Below are positions 47,641 through 57,558 of a stretch of DNA of 64,000 bases, one piece after another (within the stretch, counting starts at the first letter, position 1; each line of letters begins with the position of its first letter). Position numbers and translations under genes: made by a program. Below the pieces are notes generated by a model, which did not search any database, had not been told where the DNA came from, and worked only from the letters and a program-made list of their open reading frames with translations. This DNA is from Gemmatimonadales bacterium (GTDB taxonomy: Bacteria > Gemmatimonadota > Gemmatimonadetes > Gemmatimonadales > GWC2-71-9), in NCBI GenBank assembly GCA_041615815.1, contig JBFJCP010000016.1:40215-104214 (forward strand), in the 5' to 3' direction.

Positions 47641-48806
47641 TCGGATCGGACCTCGGCCGGTACGTCGCCGTCCACGACGCGAAGCCGGAACCGTTGGCCG
47701 GCAACAAACTGCTCGCGTCTTCGGAGGACACGCCCGTCCGTGTCCCTGGCCACGGCGTATCCACGCTCGAGCACACGGAGCGGGCTCAACGCGTCCAATT
47801 GGGCACCGAGGTGTTCCAACCGTGCCATGCGTCGTTCCAGGTGTCCCTGAACGGCGCCGCTCAGCCGGTCCCCGGTCCGCGCCATGCGCTCGGCCGCCAG
47901 CCGCGTGCGCCCCGCCAGCCCCTTGGCAAGCCGCCGAGCAATGCCGTCCACCACTTCACCGGTGCTGGCCCGATCGGGCACGGCCGCTTCGGCCGCCGCG
48001 GAGGGCGTTGGTGCGCGAACGTCGGCAACGAGGTCGGTGAGAGAGATGTCGGTTTCGTGGCCCACGGCAGAGATGGTGGGAACCTGCACCGCCGCGACGG
48101 CCCGAGCCACCCGCTCACTGTTGAAGACCCAGAGGTCTTCACGGGATCCACCCCCCCGCCCTACGATGGCCAGATCCAGACCTGGTATGCGGTTCACGGT
48201 GGCCAGGGCTCGACAGAGCTGGCGCTCGGCATCGTCTCCCTGAACCCGGGCGGCGCAGACGAACAGCTCGACCGTGGGCCAGCGCCGTGCCACGACGGAG
48301 ACGATGTCGCGCAGCGCAGCGCCCTCGAGACTCGTCACGACGGCAAGACGGCGTGGGTAGGGGGGGAGCATTCGCTTCCGTGACGGGTCGAGCAAGCCGT
48401 CCTTTGCGAGCGCTGCTTTGGCGCGGTCCAGTTCGAGTTGCCAGCGCCCACCTTCGGCGGTCGGAATGAGCTGCCGTACCGAGAGTCGGAATTCGCCCCG
48501 CTCCTCCCACACCGTCGGCTGCACCTCGGCGAACACCTCGGTCCCCTCCTCGGGACGCTCTCCACGGAGCCTGAGGGTATCGCGCCGCCACATGACGCAC
48601 CGTACCTGCGCCTGTGCGTCGCGAAGCGTGAAGTACCAGTGTCCGCTACGGAAGGCTTTGAACCCCGTGATCTCGCCCCGGACCCACAGCCGCGCGAAGC
48701 CAGACTCCATGAGCTGGCGCGCCCGCTGCGTCACTTCCGCCACCGTCCACGCCCGCTCCGACGCTAGGGCCACGCCGGCGGCAGAAAACAGATCTAGGCC
48801 GCCCAC
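47637..48806 (-). CDS. xseA: Exodeoxyribonuclease VII large subunit
   Basis: SGHWYFTLRD, GRGGGS, AVGHETD, TPSAAAE, LSPLRVLERGY. Confidence 0.96.
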   Translation of the reverse strand: MGGLDLFSAAGVALASERAWTVAEVTQRARQLMESGFARLWVRGEITGFKAFRSGHWYFTLRDAQAQVRCVMWRRDTLRLRGERPEEGTEVFAEVQPTVWEERGEFRLSVRQLIPTAEGGRWQLELDRAKAALAKDGLLDPSRKRMLPPYPRRLAVVTSLEGAALRDIVSVVARRWPTVELFVCAARVQGDDAERQLCRALATVNRIPGLDLAIVGRGGGSREDLWVFNSERVARAVAAVQVPTISAVGHETDISLTDLVADVRAPTPSAAAEAAVPDRASTGEVVDGIARRLAKGLAGRTRLAAERMARTGDRLSGAVQGHLERRMARLEHLGAQLDALSPLRVLERGYAVARDTDGRVLRRREQFVAGQRFRLRVVDGDVPAEVRSE

Positions 48807-49678
48807 TGCCGCGCAGCTTGTACCGTGTTGTAGAGAAGCATCGTGATCGTCATCGGTCCCACGCCCCCCGGGACGGGCGTGATGGCAGCCGCCACCCGGG
48901 TCGCGGCCTCGAAGTCGACATCGCCCACCAAACGGTAGCCCTTTTTGGCCGACGGGTCGTCCACGCGGTTTACGCCAACGTCGATGACGACCGCGCCCGG
49001 GCGTACCATCTCGCCCGTCACGAAGTGCGGCCTGCCAATGGCAACCACGAGGATGTCTGCCTGACGGGTGACGGCCGGGAGGTCGCGGGTCCGGGAATGA
49101 CACACGGTCACCGTGGCATCGCCGCCCAACCCGCGCTGGAGGAGCAACGCCGCCATGGGGCGGCCCACGATGTTGGACCGGCCCACGATCACGGCGTGCG
49201 CACCCCGGGTGTCCACGTCACTTCGCACGAGCATTTGCTGGACGCCATACGGCGTGGCCGGACGGAAGCCGGACGGATCGCCGATGCTCACCTTCCCCAC
49301 GTTGATGGGGTGGAAGCCATCCACGTCTTTCTCTGGCTGAACGCGATACAGCACGTTGCGTTCATCGATGTGCTCAGGCAGCGGCAGCTGGACCAGAATG
49401 CCGTGCACGTTGGGATCGGCATTCAGCTCGTCGAGGACAGTGTGCAGCTCCGTCTCCGCGGTGTCGCGGGGTAGCGTGATGGTCCGGCTGTGCATGCCGG
49501 CCTCCTCGCAGGCCCGGCCCTTCATCCGCACATAGACGTGGCTCGCCGGATCGTCCCCCACCAGCACGACCGCGAGTCCCGGCGTGACCCCACGTGCCAC
49601 CAGTGTTTTGATCTCGGGGATGAGCTCGGCGCGCATCTCCTTGGCGATCTCGGTGCCGCTGATGATGCTAGCGGGCAT
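48794..49678 (-). CDS. folD: Methylenetetrahydrofolate dehydrogenase/cyclohydrolase
   Basis: KDVDGFHP, GRSNIVGRP, PVPGGVGPMT. Confidence 0.97.
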   Translation of the reverse strand: MPASIISGTEIAKEMRAELIPEIKTLVARGVTPGLAVVLVGDDPASHVYVRMKGRACEEAGMHSRTITLPRDTAETELHTVLDELNADPNVHGILVQLPLPEHIDERNVLYRVQPEKDVDGFHPINVGKVSIGDPSGFRPATPYGVQQMLVRSDVDTRGAHAVIVGRSNIVGRPMAALLLQRGLGGDATVTVCHSRTRDLPAVTRQADILVVAIGRPHFVTGEMVRPGAVVIDVGVNRVDDPSAKKGYRLVGDVDFEAATRVAAAITPVPGGVGPMTITMLLYNTVQAARQWAA

Positions 49679-51251
49679 ATTCCACGGCCCTCGTCTCGCG
49701 AATGACGACGACTTTGATCTGGCCGGGGTACTGCAACTCCCCCTCGATCTTGCGGGCCACCTGCTCCGAGAGCTCGGCGGCCTTGTGGTCGTCCACCGAA
49801 TCCGGCACGACCACGATCCGCACCTCGCGGCCCGCTTGGATCGCGTAAGCTTTTTCCACTCCGCCGAAGCTCACCGCAATGTTTTCGAGCGACGTGAGAC
49901 GTTTCACGTAGGTATCGAATGCTTCGCGCCGGGCGCCAGGCCGTGCGCCGCTCACGCTATCGGCCGCCTGCACGATAACCGAAACGGGAGACTCGTGCGG
50001 GATGTCGTCGTGGTGGGCACCGATCGCGTTGATCACCACGGCGTGCTCGCCGTACTTCGTGGCCATTTCGACTCCCAGCTCGACGTGAGTCCCATCGTGC
50101 TGGTGTGTCAGGACCTTGCCCACGTCATGCAGGAGCCCGCCACGTTTAGCGAGGTGGACGTCGAGCTTGAGCTCCGCCGCCATGATCCCCGCGAGCCACG
50201 CCACTTCCTTGGAGTGATGCAGGATGTTCTGACCATACGACGTGCGGTACTTCATCCGACCCACGAGCTTCACCAGCTCAGGATGCATTCCGTGAATCCC
50301 GAGGTCGTAGACGGCCTGCTCGCCGGCTTCCACTAGCTGTGCCTCGAGCTCCTTGCGGACCTTCTCCACGACCTCCTCGATTCGCCCCGGATGAATCCGG
50401 CCGTCCGCGATAAGCTGTTCCAGCGCTCGACGCCCCACCTCTCGGCGTATCGGATCGAAGCAGGAAATCACTACCGTGTCCGGCGTGTCGTCGATGATGA
50501 CGTCCACGCCCGTTGCGGTCTCGAACGCCCTGATGTTGCGGCCCTCGCGACCGATGATTCTTCCTTTCATCTCGTCGCTCGGAAGTGACACCGCCGACAC
50601 GACGCTTTCCGTCGTCTGCTCCGCGGCCATACGCTGAATCGCGAGGGCCACGATCTTGGTGGCTTCCCGGTCCGCGGTACGCTTGGCCTCCTCCTTGATG
50701 TCCCGCAGCAGCGCGGCCGCATCGCTCTTGGCCTCCTCCGCCATGGCCTGCATGAGATGCTGCTTGGCCTCTCCTGCCGACATGCCCGCCAGCCGTTCGA
50801 GCTTCGTGCGATGCTCGTCCGCAGCGCGGTCCACCTCCTGCTCTTTCTGCGTCAGATGTTGCTCGCGATCGCGCAACGACTGGGCTTGGCGCTGCAAGTC
50901 GCGCTCCTTCTCGTCCAGGGTGTTGAGCTTGCGATCGACGAGCGACTCGCGTTCTTCGACGCGCCGCTGGTGTCGGTCGAGCTCCTCCCGACGTTCCGTC
51001 GCCTCCGCTTCGAGGCGCTCCCGGGCCTGGATCCGCTCCTCCTTGGCCACCAACGACGCCTCGGCCCGAAGCGACTCGGCATCGCGCCGGGCCTCGGTGA
51101 GCACGCGCTCGGCTTGCTGCTCGGCCGATCGGCCCGCTCGGTCCGCCTCGCGCCGTTCGGCGCGACGGCCAACCAGGTAAAAGGCCGTCCCGGTGATACC
51201 TGCTGTCGCCAGGACGGCCAAAACCACGAAAACCAGCTGTTCCGCTGACAT
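49668..51251 (-). CDS. rny: Ribonuclease Y
   Basis: N-terminal TM, coiled coil, KH KGRIIGREGRNIR, HD HDVGK. Confidence 0.97.
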   Translation of the reverse strand: MSAEQLVFVVLAVLATAGITGTAFYLVGRRAERREADRAGRSAEQQAERVLTEARRDAESLRAEASLVAKEERIQARERLEAEATERREELDRHQRRVEERESLVDRKLNTLDEKERDLQRQAQSLRDREQHLTQKEQEVDRAADEHRTKLERLAGMSAGEAKQHLMQAMAEEAKSDAAALLRDIKEEAKRTADREATKIVALAIQRMAAEQTTESVVSAVSLPSDEMKGRIIGREGRNIRAFETATGVDVIIDDTPDTVVISCFDPIRREVGRRALEQLIADGRIHPGRIEEVVEKVRKELEAQLVEAGEQAVYDLGIHGMHPELVKLVGRMKYRTSYGQNILHHSKEVAWLAGIMAAELKLDVHLAKRGGLLHDVGKVLTHQHDGTHVELGVEMATKYGEHAVVINAIGAHHDDIPHESPVSVIVQAADSVSGARPGARREAFDTYVKRLTSLENIAVSFGGVEKAYAIQAGREVRIVVVPDSVDDHKAAELSEQVARKIEGELQYPGQIKVVVIRETRAVEYAR

Positions 51252-51323
51252 ATCTATCTCCAACACGCCGCCGGTTCGCGCGCTCGGCGGCCTGCGTTAT
51301 CCAAGTTGTTTGCTACCTGTAAA

Positions 51324-51659
51324 TTATGCGCCGTCGGCCGTCGAAGCAAACCTCCCGGAAAATCGCGGATCACGCTTGTTTGGCGGGAGCACGCGCGAGA
51401 GCTCGCCGGCGAGCATCTCCAGGCGACGGGCCATCTCGCCCTGCGACCGCCGAGCCTGAAACAGCTCGTCGGTGATCGCCAAGGCGGCCAAGATCGCCGC
51501 CTTGTGCGTCTCCACCATGGCCCCGCCGGAGAGCACTTCACTCAGCGTTTTGTCCACGTGCTCGGCCACCGTGCGCGTGTACTCGGGTGGGCGGTCGGAT
51601 TTGAGGGTGTACTCATCGCCCCCGATGGTCACCTTGACCGCGTTTTTCTTTGCGTTCAC
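51324..51659 (-). CDS. zapA: Cell division protein ZapA
   Basis: VKVTIGGDEYTL...VAEHVD...AILAALAITDEL. Confidence 0.9.
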   Translation of the reverse strand: MNAKKNAVKVTIGGDEYTLKSDRPPEYTRTVAEHVDKTLSEVLSGGAMVETHKAAILAALAITDELFQARRSQGEMARRLEMLAGELSRVLPPNKRDPRFSGRFASTADGA

Positions 51660-51958
51660 TGCCGCCCTCCTTCGATGGCGGTCTGTTCTTCCAAAAAGCG
51701 AAGCCGGCCCACAAGGCCGTCCAACCGCTTGCGCGCCGAGTCGAGGCGGCGCCGGAGCTCCGCATTCTCGGACTCCAACTTGGTCAGCCGATCCCGTGCG
51801 GCCAGCGGGGACTCGCCCTCGTCCCCCAGCGCGGATTGCTCGGCTTCCGCCTTGAGCGCACGCCGGCGCCACGAGGCCAACTCCTCCGCAACGTGCTGGA
51901 GCACGTCCTCGAGCTGGGACAGCGCTTCGAACTCAGGCCTCTCGTCGTTCGACACCAA
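51656..51958 (-). CDS. ZapB-like coiled-coil protein
   Basis: Coiled coil between pheT and zapA (conserved position). Confidence 0.75.
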   Translation of the reverse strand: MVSNDERPEFEALSQLEDVLQHVAEELASWRRRALKAEAEQSALGDEGESPLAARDRLTKLESENAELRRRLDSARKRLDGLVGRLRFLEEQTAIEGGRQ

Positions 51959-54290
51959 ATCGCTCCTTCAAGGCGGACAGTACACGGTCCACCACCCGAT
52001 CGACCTCAACGTCCCGCAGCGTCCGGTCCGGGGATCGGAACATCAACCGCCACGCCACGCTGCGTCCACCCAACTCCGCACTGCGGTACTCGTCAAAGAT
52101 CGTTGCATCCTCCAGCAGCTCACCAGCCAGATCGCGAATCGTCGCTGTCACCGTGCCCGCCGTCACCTGACTTGGCAGGACCAGGGCGAGGTCCCGTTCC
52201 ACCGGTGGGGTCACGGGCAACGCCCGATACTGGACACCGCTCGCCGCGGGCACCGCAAGATCCACCTCGAACCCGTAGACCGGTGCGGCCCACGCGGGCC
52301 GGTCCGCTTCCAGCCGCCCGGCCCATCCGCGACGGCGGCCGTCTTCGTCGCGCAGAATCCACGCCTTGCCGTCCGACTCGATGGTGGCTCCCGAAGCCCC
52401 ACCGAGTTTCGTGGCAAGCTCAAACATAGCCTTGAGATCCCACAGATCGTAATCCGCCCCACCATCGATGTTCGTCCAATGTGGTGGTGTCCGGGCTCCG
52501 GTCACGATCGCCGCAAGGTGCAACGACTCTTGCGGGAGCGTCTGACCAACGTCGTGGAACACCGCGCCGATCTCGAAGAGGCGGACATCGCGCAGGCGAT
52601 TGGCCCAATTCCGCTCCACGGATCGCGCGAGTCCTGGAAGCAGCCTTTGTCGCAGAAAGGCCTCGTCCGCCGAGAGTGGGTTGAGGAGGGCGGGAGCACC
52701 GTCTCCGCCCTCGGGTACGAGCGGAAGGGTCCGGGCTTCGTGCAGACCCACCCCGGTGAAGGCCCGCCGCAGATTGTCTTTGAGGTATTCGACAGGATCG
52801 TCGGGCACCCCGCTGGGTCGGAACGGATGCAGTTCGACGGGGAATGCGTCGTAGCCCTTGAGTCGGGCCACTTCTTCGATCAGATCGATCTCGCGGGTCA
52901 CGTCGGGACGCCACCCGGGCACTTGCGCGGCCAACCGTCCGTCCTTGGGCGCAACCGTGAAACCCACTTGAGAGAGAAGCGACTCGATTTCACCCTGCGC
53001 GATGGGTGCGCCCAGCACATGCGCCACCCGCTCGGGCCGGAGGAACACCGACCGCATCGGCACCGGTTGTGGGTACACATCCACCGGGGGCTCGCGTTCT
53101 TCCCCACCGGCGACAGCCTTGATCATGGCCACCGCGCGTCGGACCACCTCGGGCATGGCTTGCAGGTCCACGCCGCGTTCAAACCGGTAGGAAGCCTCGG
53201 TGCTCATGCGGAGCAACTTCCGTGTGGACCGAATGCGCTTGGGGTCGAAGTGCGCGCACTCGAGCACGACGTCGACCGTCGCCTCGGTGACCTCCGAGTC
53301 CGCCCCTCCCATCACGCCACCGATCGCCGTCGGGCGCTCGGCATCGCAGATCATAGTCATCGCGGCGTCGAGGGCCCGATGCTCCCCGTCCAACGTGGTG
53401 AGGCGCTCCCCTGCATTCGCTCGCCGCACGACGATCTTTCCACCCCCCAACCGCGCGTAGTCGAAGGCGTGCAGCGGCTGGTTCAGCTCGTACAGGAGGT
53501 AATTGGTGACGTCCACCACGTTGTTAATGGGCCGCGCCCCGATGCTCAGCAGCCGCGCCTGCAACCACGCGGGCGACGGCTGCACCGTGACCCCGCGAAT
53601 GACGGCGGCGATATAGCGCGGGCACCCCTCGGTGTCGTCGATGATCACCTCGAGCCCGTCCACGGTTCCGCGGTCGGGAACGCGCGTCGGCGCGAGACCG
53701 TCGTTGGGCGCGCCCGGGATCGGTGGCAGCTTGACGGGGAGTCCGTACGCCGCCCCCAGCTCACGGGCCACCCCTTTGTGACACAGCAGGTCTGGTCGGT
53801 TGGGGGTGACGTCCACCTCGAGGCGGGCGTCGGCCACGGGAAGCACGTCGAGGAGCGGCGTGCCAGCGGCGGCATCCGTCGCCAGCTCCATGATGCCTTC
53901 GTGGTCGTGCCCCAGCTCCAGCTCCTTGGCCGAGCAGAGCATCCCGTTGGACGTGACGCCCCGGATCTTCCGGGCCTCGAGCTCGAGCCCCCCCGGCAGC
54001 GTCACGCCGACGCGTGCATAGGGGTACTTGTGCCCCGCCCTCACGTTGGGTGCGCCACAGACGACGTCCACGACTCCGGTGCCGTCGTGCACCCGGCAGA
54101 GCGTGAGGCGGTCGGCATTGGGGTGCTTCTCCACCGCTTCCACGTGCCCGACGACAATGTCCGCGAGGTCGCCGTGGATTCGCTCGACGGCATCCACGGG
54201 AACCGCTCGACTGGATAGCACGGTCGCGGCCTCATCGGGATCCACGGTCTGGCCCAACAGCGCGGAAACCCAGTTGATCGAGACGTTCAT
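51933..54290 (-). CDS. pheT: Phenylalanine-tRNA ligase beta subunit
   Basis: MNVSINW, HPNADRL, TPNRPD, FERGVD, DLIEEVAR. Confidence 0.97.
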   Translation of the reverse strand: MNVSINWVSALLGQTVDPDEAATVLSSRAVPVDAVERIHGDLADIVVGHVEAVEKHPNADRLTLCRVHDGTGVVDVVCGAPNVRAGHKYPYARVGVTLPGGLELEARKIRGVTSNGMLCSAKELELGHDHEGIMELATDAAAGTPLLDVLPVADARLEVDVTPNRPDLLCHKGVARELGAAYGLPVKLPPIPGAPNDGLAPTRVPDRGTVDGLEVIIDDTEGCPRYIAAVIRGVTVQPSPAWLQARLLSIGARPINNVVDVTNYLLYELNQPLHAFDYARLGGGKIVVRRANAGERLTTLDGEHRALDAAMTMICDAERPTAIGGVMGGADSEVTEATVDVVLECAHFDPKRIRSTRKLLRMSTEASYRFERGVDLQAMPEVVRRAVAMIKAVAGGEEREPPVDVYPQPVPMRSVFLRPERVAHVLGAPIAQGEIESLLSQVGFTVAPKDGRLAAQVPGWRPDVTREIDLIEEVARLKGYDAFPVELHPFRPSGVPDDPVEYLKDNLRRAFTGVGLHEARTLPLVPEGGDGAPALLNPLSADEAFLRQRLLPGLARSVERNWANRLRDVRLFEIGAVFHDVGQTLPQESLHLAAIVTGARTPPHWTNIDGGADYDLWDLKAMFELATKLGGASGATIESDGKAWILRDEDGRRRGWAGRLEADRPAWAAPVYGFEVDLAVPAASGVQYRALPVTPPVERDLALVLPSQVTAGTVTATIRDLAGELLEDATIFDEYRSAELGGRSVAWRLMFRSPDRTLRDVEVDRVVDRVLSALKERFGVERREA

Positions 54291-55321
54291 CGTGCCTCGC
54301 CGAACTGGCCTAGGAACCGCATGTCGTTCTCGAACAGCATGCGGATGTCGGGAATCCCGTACCGTAGCATGGCGATTCGGTGCGGGCCCATGCCGAAGGC
54401 GTAGCCCGTGTACCGCTCCGGATCGATTCCGCAGGCCTCGAAAACCGCTGGATGCACCATCCCGGATCCCATGATCTCGAGCCACCCGGTGGACTTGCAG
54501 GTGGGGCAGCCACCGCCCTTGCAGAGTTGGCACTGCACATCGACTTCCGCCGACGGCTCGGTGAACGGGAAGTAGGACGGTCGAAACCGGACCGCGGTAT
54601 CGGCAGAGAAGAACTGCTTGACGAAGAAGTCGATTCCCGCCTTGAAATCCACGAAGGTCACGCCCTCGTCCACCACCAACCCTTCGATCTGCTCGAAGAC
54701 GGGCGCGTGCGAGGGGTCGAAGGCGTCGCGACGATAGGCCTGACCGGGCACGACAATGCGGATGGGTGGCTCGAACCGCTCCATGGTGCGGGCTTGCATG
54801 GGAGAGGTGTACGTTCTGAGCAGCACATGCGGACCGAGATAGAACGTGTCCTGCATGTCCGCCGCGGGATGATCGAGCGCGATGTTCAGTTTGGTGAAAT
54901 TGTACTCTTCGGTCTCGACCTCGGGACCGGTCACACGGGTGTAGCCCAGGAGGCGGAAGATCTGACAGATCTCATCGACCACGGCGGTGACGGGGTGGAC
55001 GGCACCGCGCCAAACCTCGCGGCCGGGCATGGTTCCGTCGAAGTCGAGCGCCGGCGCGCGCTCCTCGGCGAGGGCGTGCTCGCGCGCGGCGAATGCGGCT
55101 TCTAGGTCTTTCTTGAGTTCGTTGGCCCGCTGTCCGATCTCCCGACGCTCCTCGGGTGGGAGCTGCGGCAGCGACCGCAGGAGTTGCGTGAGGCGCCCCT
55201 GCTTGCGTCCCAGGAGCTCGGTCCGCAGCTGGGTAAGGGTGTCCCGGTCCGCCGCCGCGACGCGCGCAACAGCCTGGGAGAGCTCTTCCAGCTGACGGTG
55301 AGGGACGGACGTGGTGGACAT
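54287..55321 (-). CDS. pheS: Phenylalanine-tRNA ligase alpha subunit
   Basis: HPAADMQDTFY, FRPSYFPFTEPS, GMVHP; CQLC/CPTC zinc insert. Confidence 0.97.
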   Translation of the reverse strand: MSTTSVPHRQLEELSQAVARVAAADRDTLTQLRTELLGRKQGRLTQLLRSLPQLPPEERREIGQRANELKKDLEAAFAAREHALAEERAPALDFDGTMPGREVWRGAVHPVTAVVDEICQIFRLLGYTRVTGPEVETEEYNFTKLNIALDHPAADMQDTFYLGPHVLLRTYTSPMQARTMERFEPPIRIVVPGQAYRRDAFDPSHAPVFEQIEGLVVDEGVTFVDFKAGIDFFVKQFFSADTAVRFRPSYFPFTEPSAEVDVQCQLCKGGGCPTCKSTGWLEIMGSGMVHPAVFEACGIDPERYTGYAFGMGPHRIAMLRYGIPDIRMLFENDMRFLGQFGEAR

Positions 55322-55339
55322 CGGCAGGGGGCCGGTCCG

Positions 55340-55693
55340 CTAGAGGTTCTTCTTCGCGACCTCCGCCAACTCGCCAAACGCGATCGGATCGCGGACGGCG
55401 AGGTCTGCCAGAACCTTCCGGTTGATCTCGACTCCCGCCTTCTTCAGACCCGACATGAAGCGGTTGTACGAAAGGTCATGCAGCCGGGCGGCAGCGTTAA
55501 TCCGGACGATCCACAGCCGCCGGAAGTCACGCTTGCGCAGCCGGCGGTCGCGGTACGCGTAGCGCCAGCCGCGCTCGACGGTTTCCTTGGCGGCCTTGAA
55601 CAGCTTGCTGCGGCCACCACGCGCGCCTTTGGCCGCGCGCATGATCTTCTTCTTGCGCTTCAGCCTGGCGACGTTGGACTTCACTCTCGGCAT
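55340..55693 (-). CDS. rplT: 50S ribosomal protein L20
   Basis: MPRVK...YAYRDRR...[12 protein letters not shown]. Confidence 0.98.
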   Translation of the reverse strand: MPRVKSNVARLKRKKKIMRAAKGARGGRSKLFKAAKETVERGWRYAYRDRRLRKRDFRRLWIVRINAAARLHDLSYNRFMSGLKKAGVEINRKVLADLAVRDPIAFGELAEVAKKNL

Positions 55694-55702
55694 CGTCGAC
55701 TC

Positions 55703-55897
55703 CTATCCCTGGAGCAGCTGCGCGATTCGCTTGGCATCCGCCCCTTTCACGAGGCCTGGCTGCCGGAGCCGACGCTTCCGCTTCTGATGCTTCTTGGTGA
55801 GGATGTGGCTCTTGTTCGCTTTGAAGCGACGCACTTTCCCCGTGGCGGTCAGTCGAAACCGCTTGCTCGCTCCACGGTTGCTTTTCTGTTTCGGCAT
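55703..55897 (-). CDS. rpmI: 50S ribosomal protein L35
   Basis: [14 protein letters not shown]...SHILTKK. Confidence 0.97.
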   Translation of the reverse strand: MPKQKSNRGASKRFRLTATGKVRRFKANKSHILTKKHQKRKRRLRQPGLVKGADAKRIAQLLQG

Positions 55898-55958
55898 ATT
55901 CTGCTCACACTCTCGAATTCGTCATTCGCCCCACCACTGGCTGCCATCCCACCCCGTT

Positions 55959-56486
55959 CTATTTGGGCGCAAGAACCATGGTCATGTTCCGGCCCTCGAG
56001 TTTGGGCATCGCCTCCACCTTCGCTACGTCCTGCAGGGACTCATAGACCCGGTTGAGTACGTTTTCGCCGAACTCGGGGTGCGTGACCTGACGCCCACGG
56101 AACATCATGGTCAGCTTCACCTTGTTGCCTTCCTTCAGGAAATTCCGTGCGTGCCGTGTCTTGAACTCGAAATCGTGGTCGCTGATCCCCGGGCGATACT
56201 TCACTTCTTTGACTTGGATGTTGTGCTGCTTCTTGCGAGCCGCCCGAGCGGCCTTGGCCTGTTCGAAACGATACTTCCCGTAGTCCATGATCTTGACCAC
56301 GGGAGGACGGGCCATCGGTGCGACCTCGACCAGATCCAGTCCTTTGGCTCGCGCGGACTTCAGGGCCTCATCGACCGGTACGATCCCCACCTGCTCCCCA
56401 TCCTCACCGATCAAGCGAACCGGGCTCAGCCGGATCTGCTCGTTGACACGAACGCGCACCTCTCGTTTGTCGGGCTGAACGGCCAG
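55959..56486 (-). CDS. infC: Translation initiation factor IF-3 (probable non-canonical CTG start)
   Basis: RVNEQIR...DLVEVAP...MDYGKY...FRGRQ; GGGAGG SD 7 nt before in-frame CTG at 56486. Confidence 0.95.
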   Translation of the reverse strand: MAVQPDKREVRVRVNEQIRLSPVRLIGEDGEQVGIVPVDEALKSARAKGLDLVEVAPMARPPVVKIMDYGKYRFEQAKAARAARKKQHNIQVKEVKYRPGISDHDFEFKTRHARNFLKEGNKVKLTMMFRGRQVTHPEFGENVLNRVYESLQDVAKVEAMPKLEGRNMTMVLAPK

Positions 56487-56520
56487 TGAGATACCTCCCG
56501 TTATTCAGGTTTGCAGTGAC

Positions 56521-56648
56521 AAAAAAAGCGGACTCCACGCCCGCTGACACCGAGTCCATGCGGGCCAGACAGGCCCGCCGGACGAACGGAACCCTCGACA
56601 CTCACGCACGCGCGCGGCAGGAGGGTGAAGCGCGGAGGCGCTTGCTTC
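56521..56648 (-). ncRNA. L20-leader-like cis-regulatory RNA upstream of infC-rpmI-rplT
   Basis: Nested pairing AAGCG/CGCTT, CTCCGCGC/GCGTGGAG, CACC/GGTG followed by a U-run; typical position. Confidence 0.55.
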
Positions 56649-56664
56649 CCAAATTGTCAAATCC

Positions 56665-56693
56665 AAGCTATGCAGGCACCTACGGGGTGTCAA
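56665..56693 (-). promoter_or_regulatory. sigma70 promoter of infC operon
   Basis: TTGACA (56693-56688), 17 bp spacer, TAGCTT (56670-56665). Confidence 0.65.
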
Positions 56694-57558
56694 GCGGCGC
56701 GAACCCGTAGGCCTTGCCGTCCATGATGACCCGGCCCACGGCCCGCCCGGTCTCGTGCTCGAAGATCAGCACCCACTCCTCCGCAAGCGCTCGAGCCAGG
56801 ATCCGCCGCTTTGTTTCCAACGTCACCAGCGGCTCCACGTCATACCCCATGATCCACGGCAGCGGCAGATGGGCGGTGGTAGGCACGAGATCAGCGAGAA
56901 ACAGTGCCGTCGCGTCGCCGCCGGATACGAGCACGGACTGATGGTAGGGGACGTGGCCCGGTGTCGGGACCAACTGAACGCCCGGAAGCAGCGCGACCTC
57001 TCCTTCCACCAACTGCCACCGTCCCGCCTTTGTCACCGGCTCGAAGTTGGGCGGTAGGTAGCTCGCCGCGATTCGCTCGTTGCGCTGCGTCCCGAACTCC
57101 AGCTCGCCACGCTGGACCACGTACGTCGCCTGCGGGAAGGCGAGCTGCGGGGCCTCGCCGAGCCGCTCGACGAAGGTGTTCCCACCGCCGTGGTCGAAGT
57201 GCAGGTGGGTATTCACGACCCATCGAACGTCCGCCGGGTGGTGTCCCAGCTCGTGCAGGGCGTCCTCGAGGCTGGTGGGGCCGTGGCGACCGCTGTTATC
57301 GATGCCGTAGATCTGGTGGAACTTGTCGGACTCCTTGTTACCCACGCCGGTATCGACGAGGACCAACCCGTCGTCGTGTTCGATCAGCAGGCAGTTCAGG
57401 GCCAGGGGAATCCGATTCCGCTCGTCTGGCGGAATGCGCCGCTCCCAGAGGGGCTTGGGTACGACGCCAAACATGGCACCGCCATCGAGCCACTGCCGTC
57501 CGGCGTCCAGGAGGTGACATCGGAAGCGCCCTATCTGGAGTGTCGTGACGCGGCTCAT
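56680..57558 (-). CDS. MBL-fold metallo-hydrolase (YtnP-like)
   Basis: LDGGAMFGVVPKPLW, THLHFDHGGG, GH, D, MGYD. Confidence 0.92.
   Translation of the reverse strand: MSRVTTLQIGRFRCHLLDAGRQWLDGGAMFGVVPKPLWERRIPPDERNRIPLALNCLLIEHDDGLVLVDTGVGNKESDKFHQIYGIDNSGRHGPTSLEDALHELGHHPADVRWVVNTHLHFDHGGGNTFVERLGEAPQLAFPQATYVVQRGELEFGTQRNERIAASYLPPNFEPVTKAGRWQLVEGEVALLPGVQLVPTPGHVPYHQSVLVSGGDATALFLADLVPTTAHLPLPWIMGYDVEPLVTLETKRRILARALAEEWVLIFEHETGRAVGRVIMDGKAYGFAPLDTP

Noticed and set aside
51252..51323. 6S RNA, often found between zapA and rny
   Set aside because: The gap is only about 72 bp, too short for a roughly 180-nt 6S RNA; only a small GC hairpin is present
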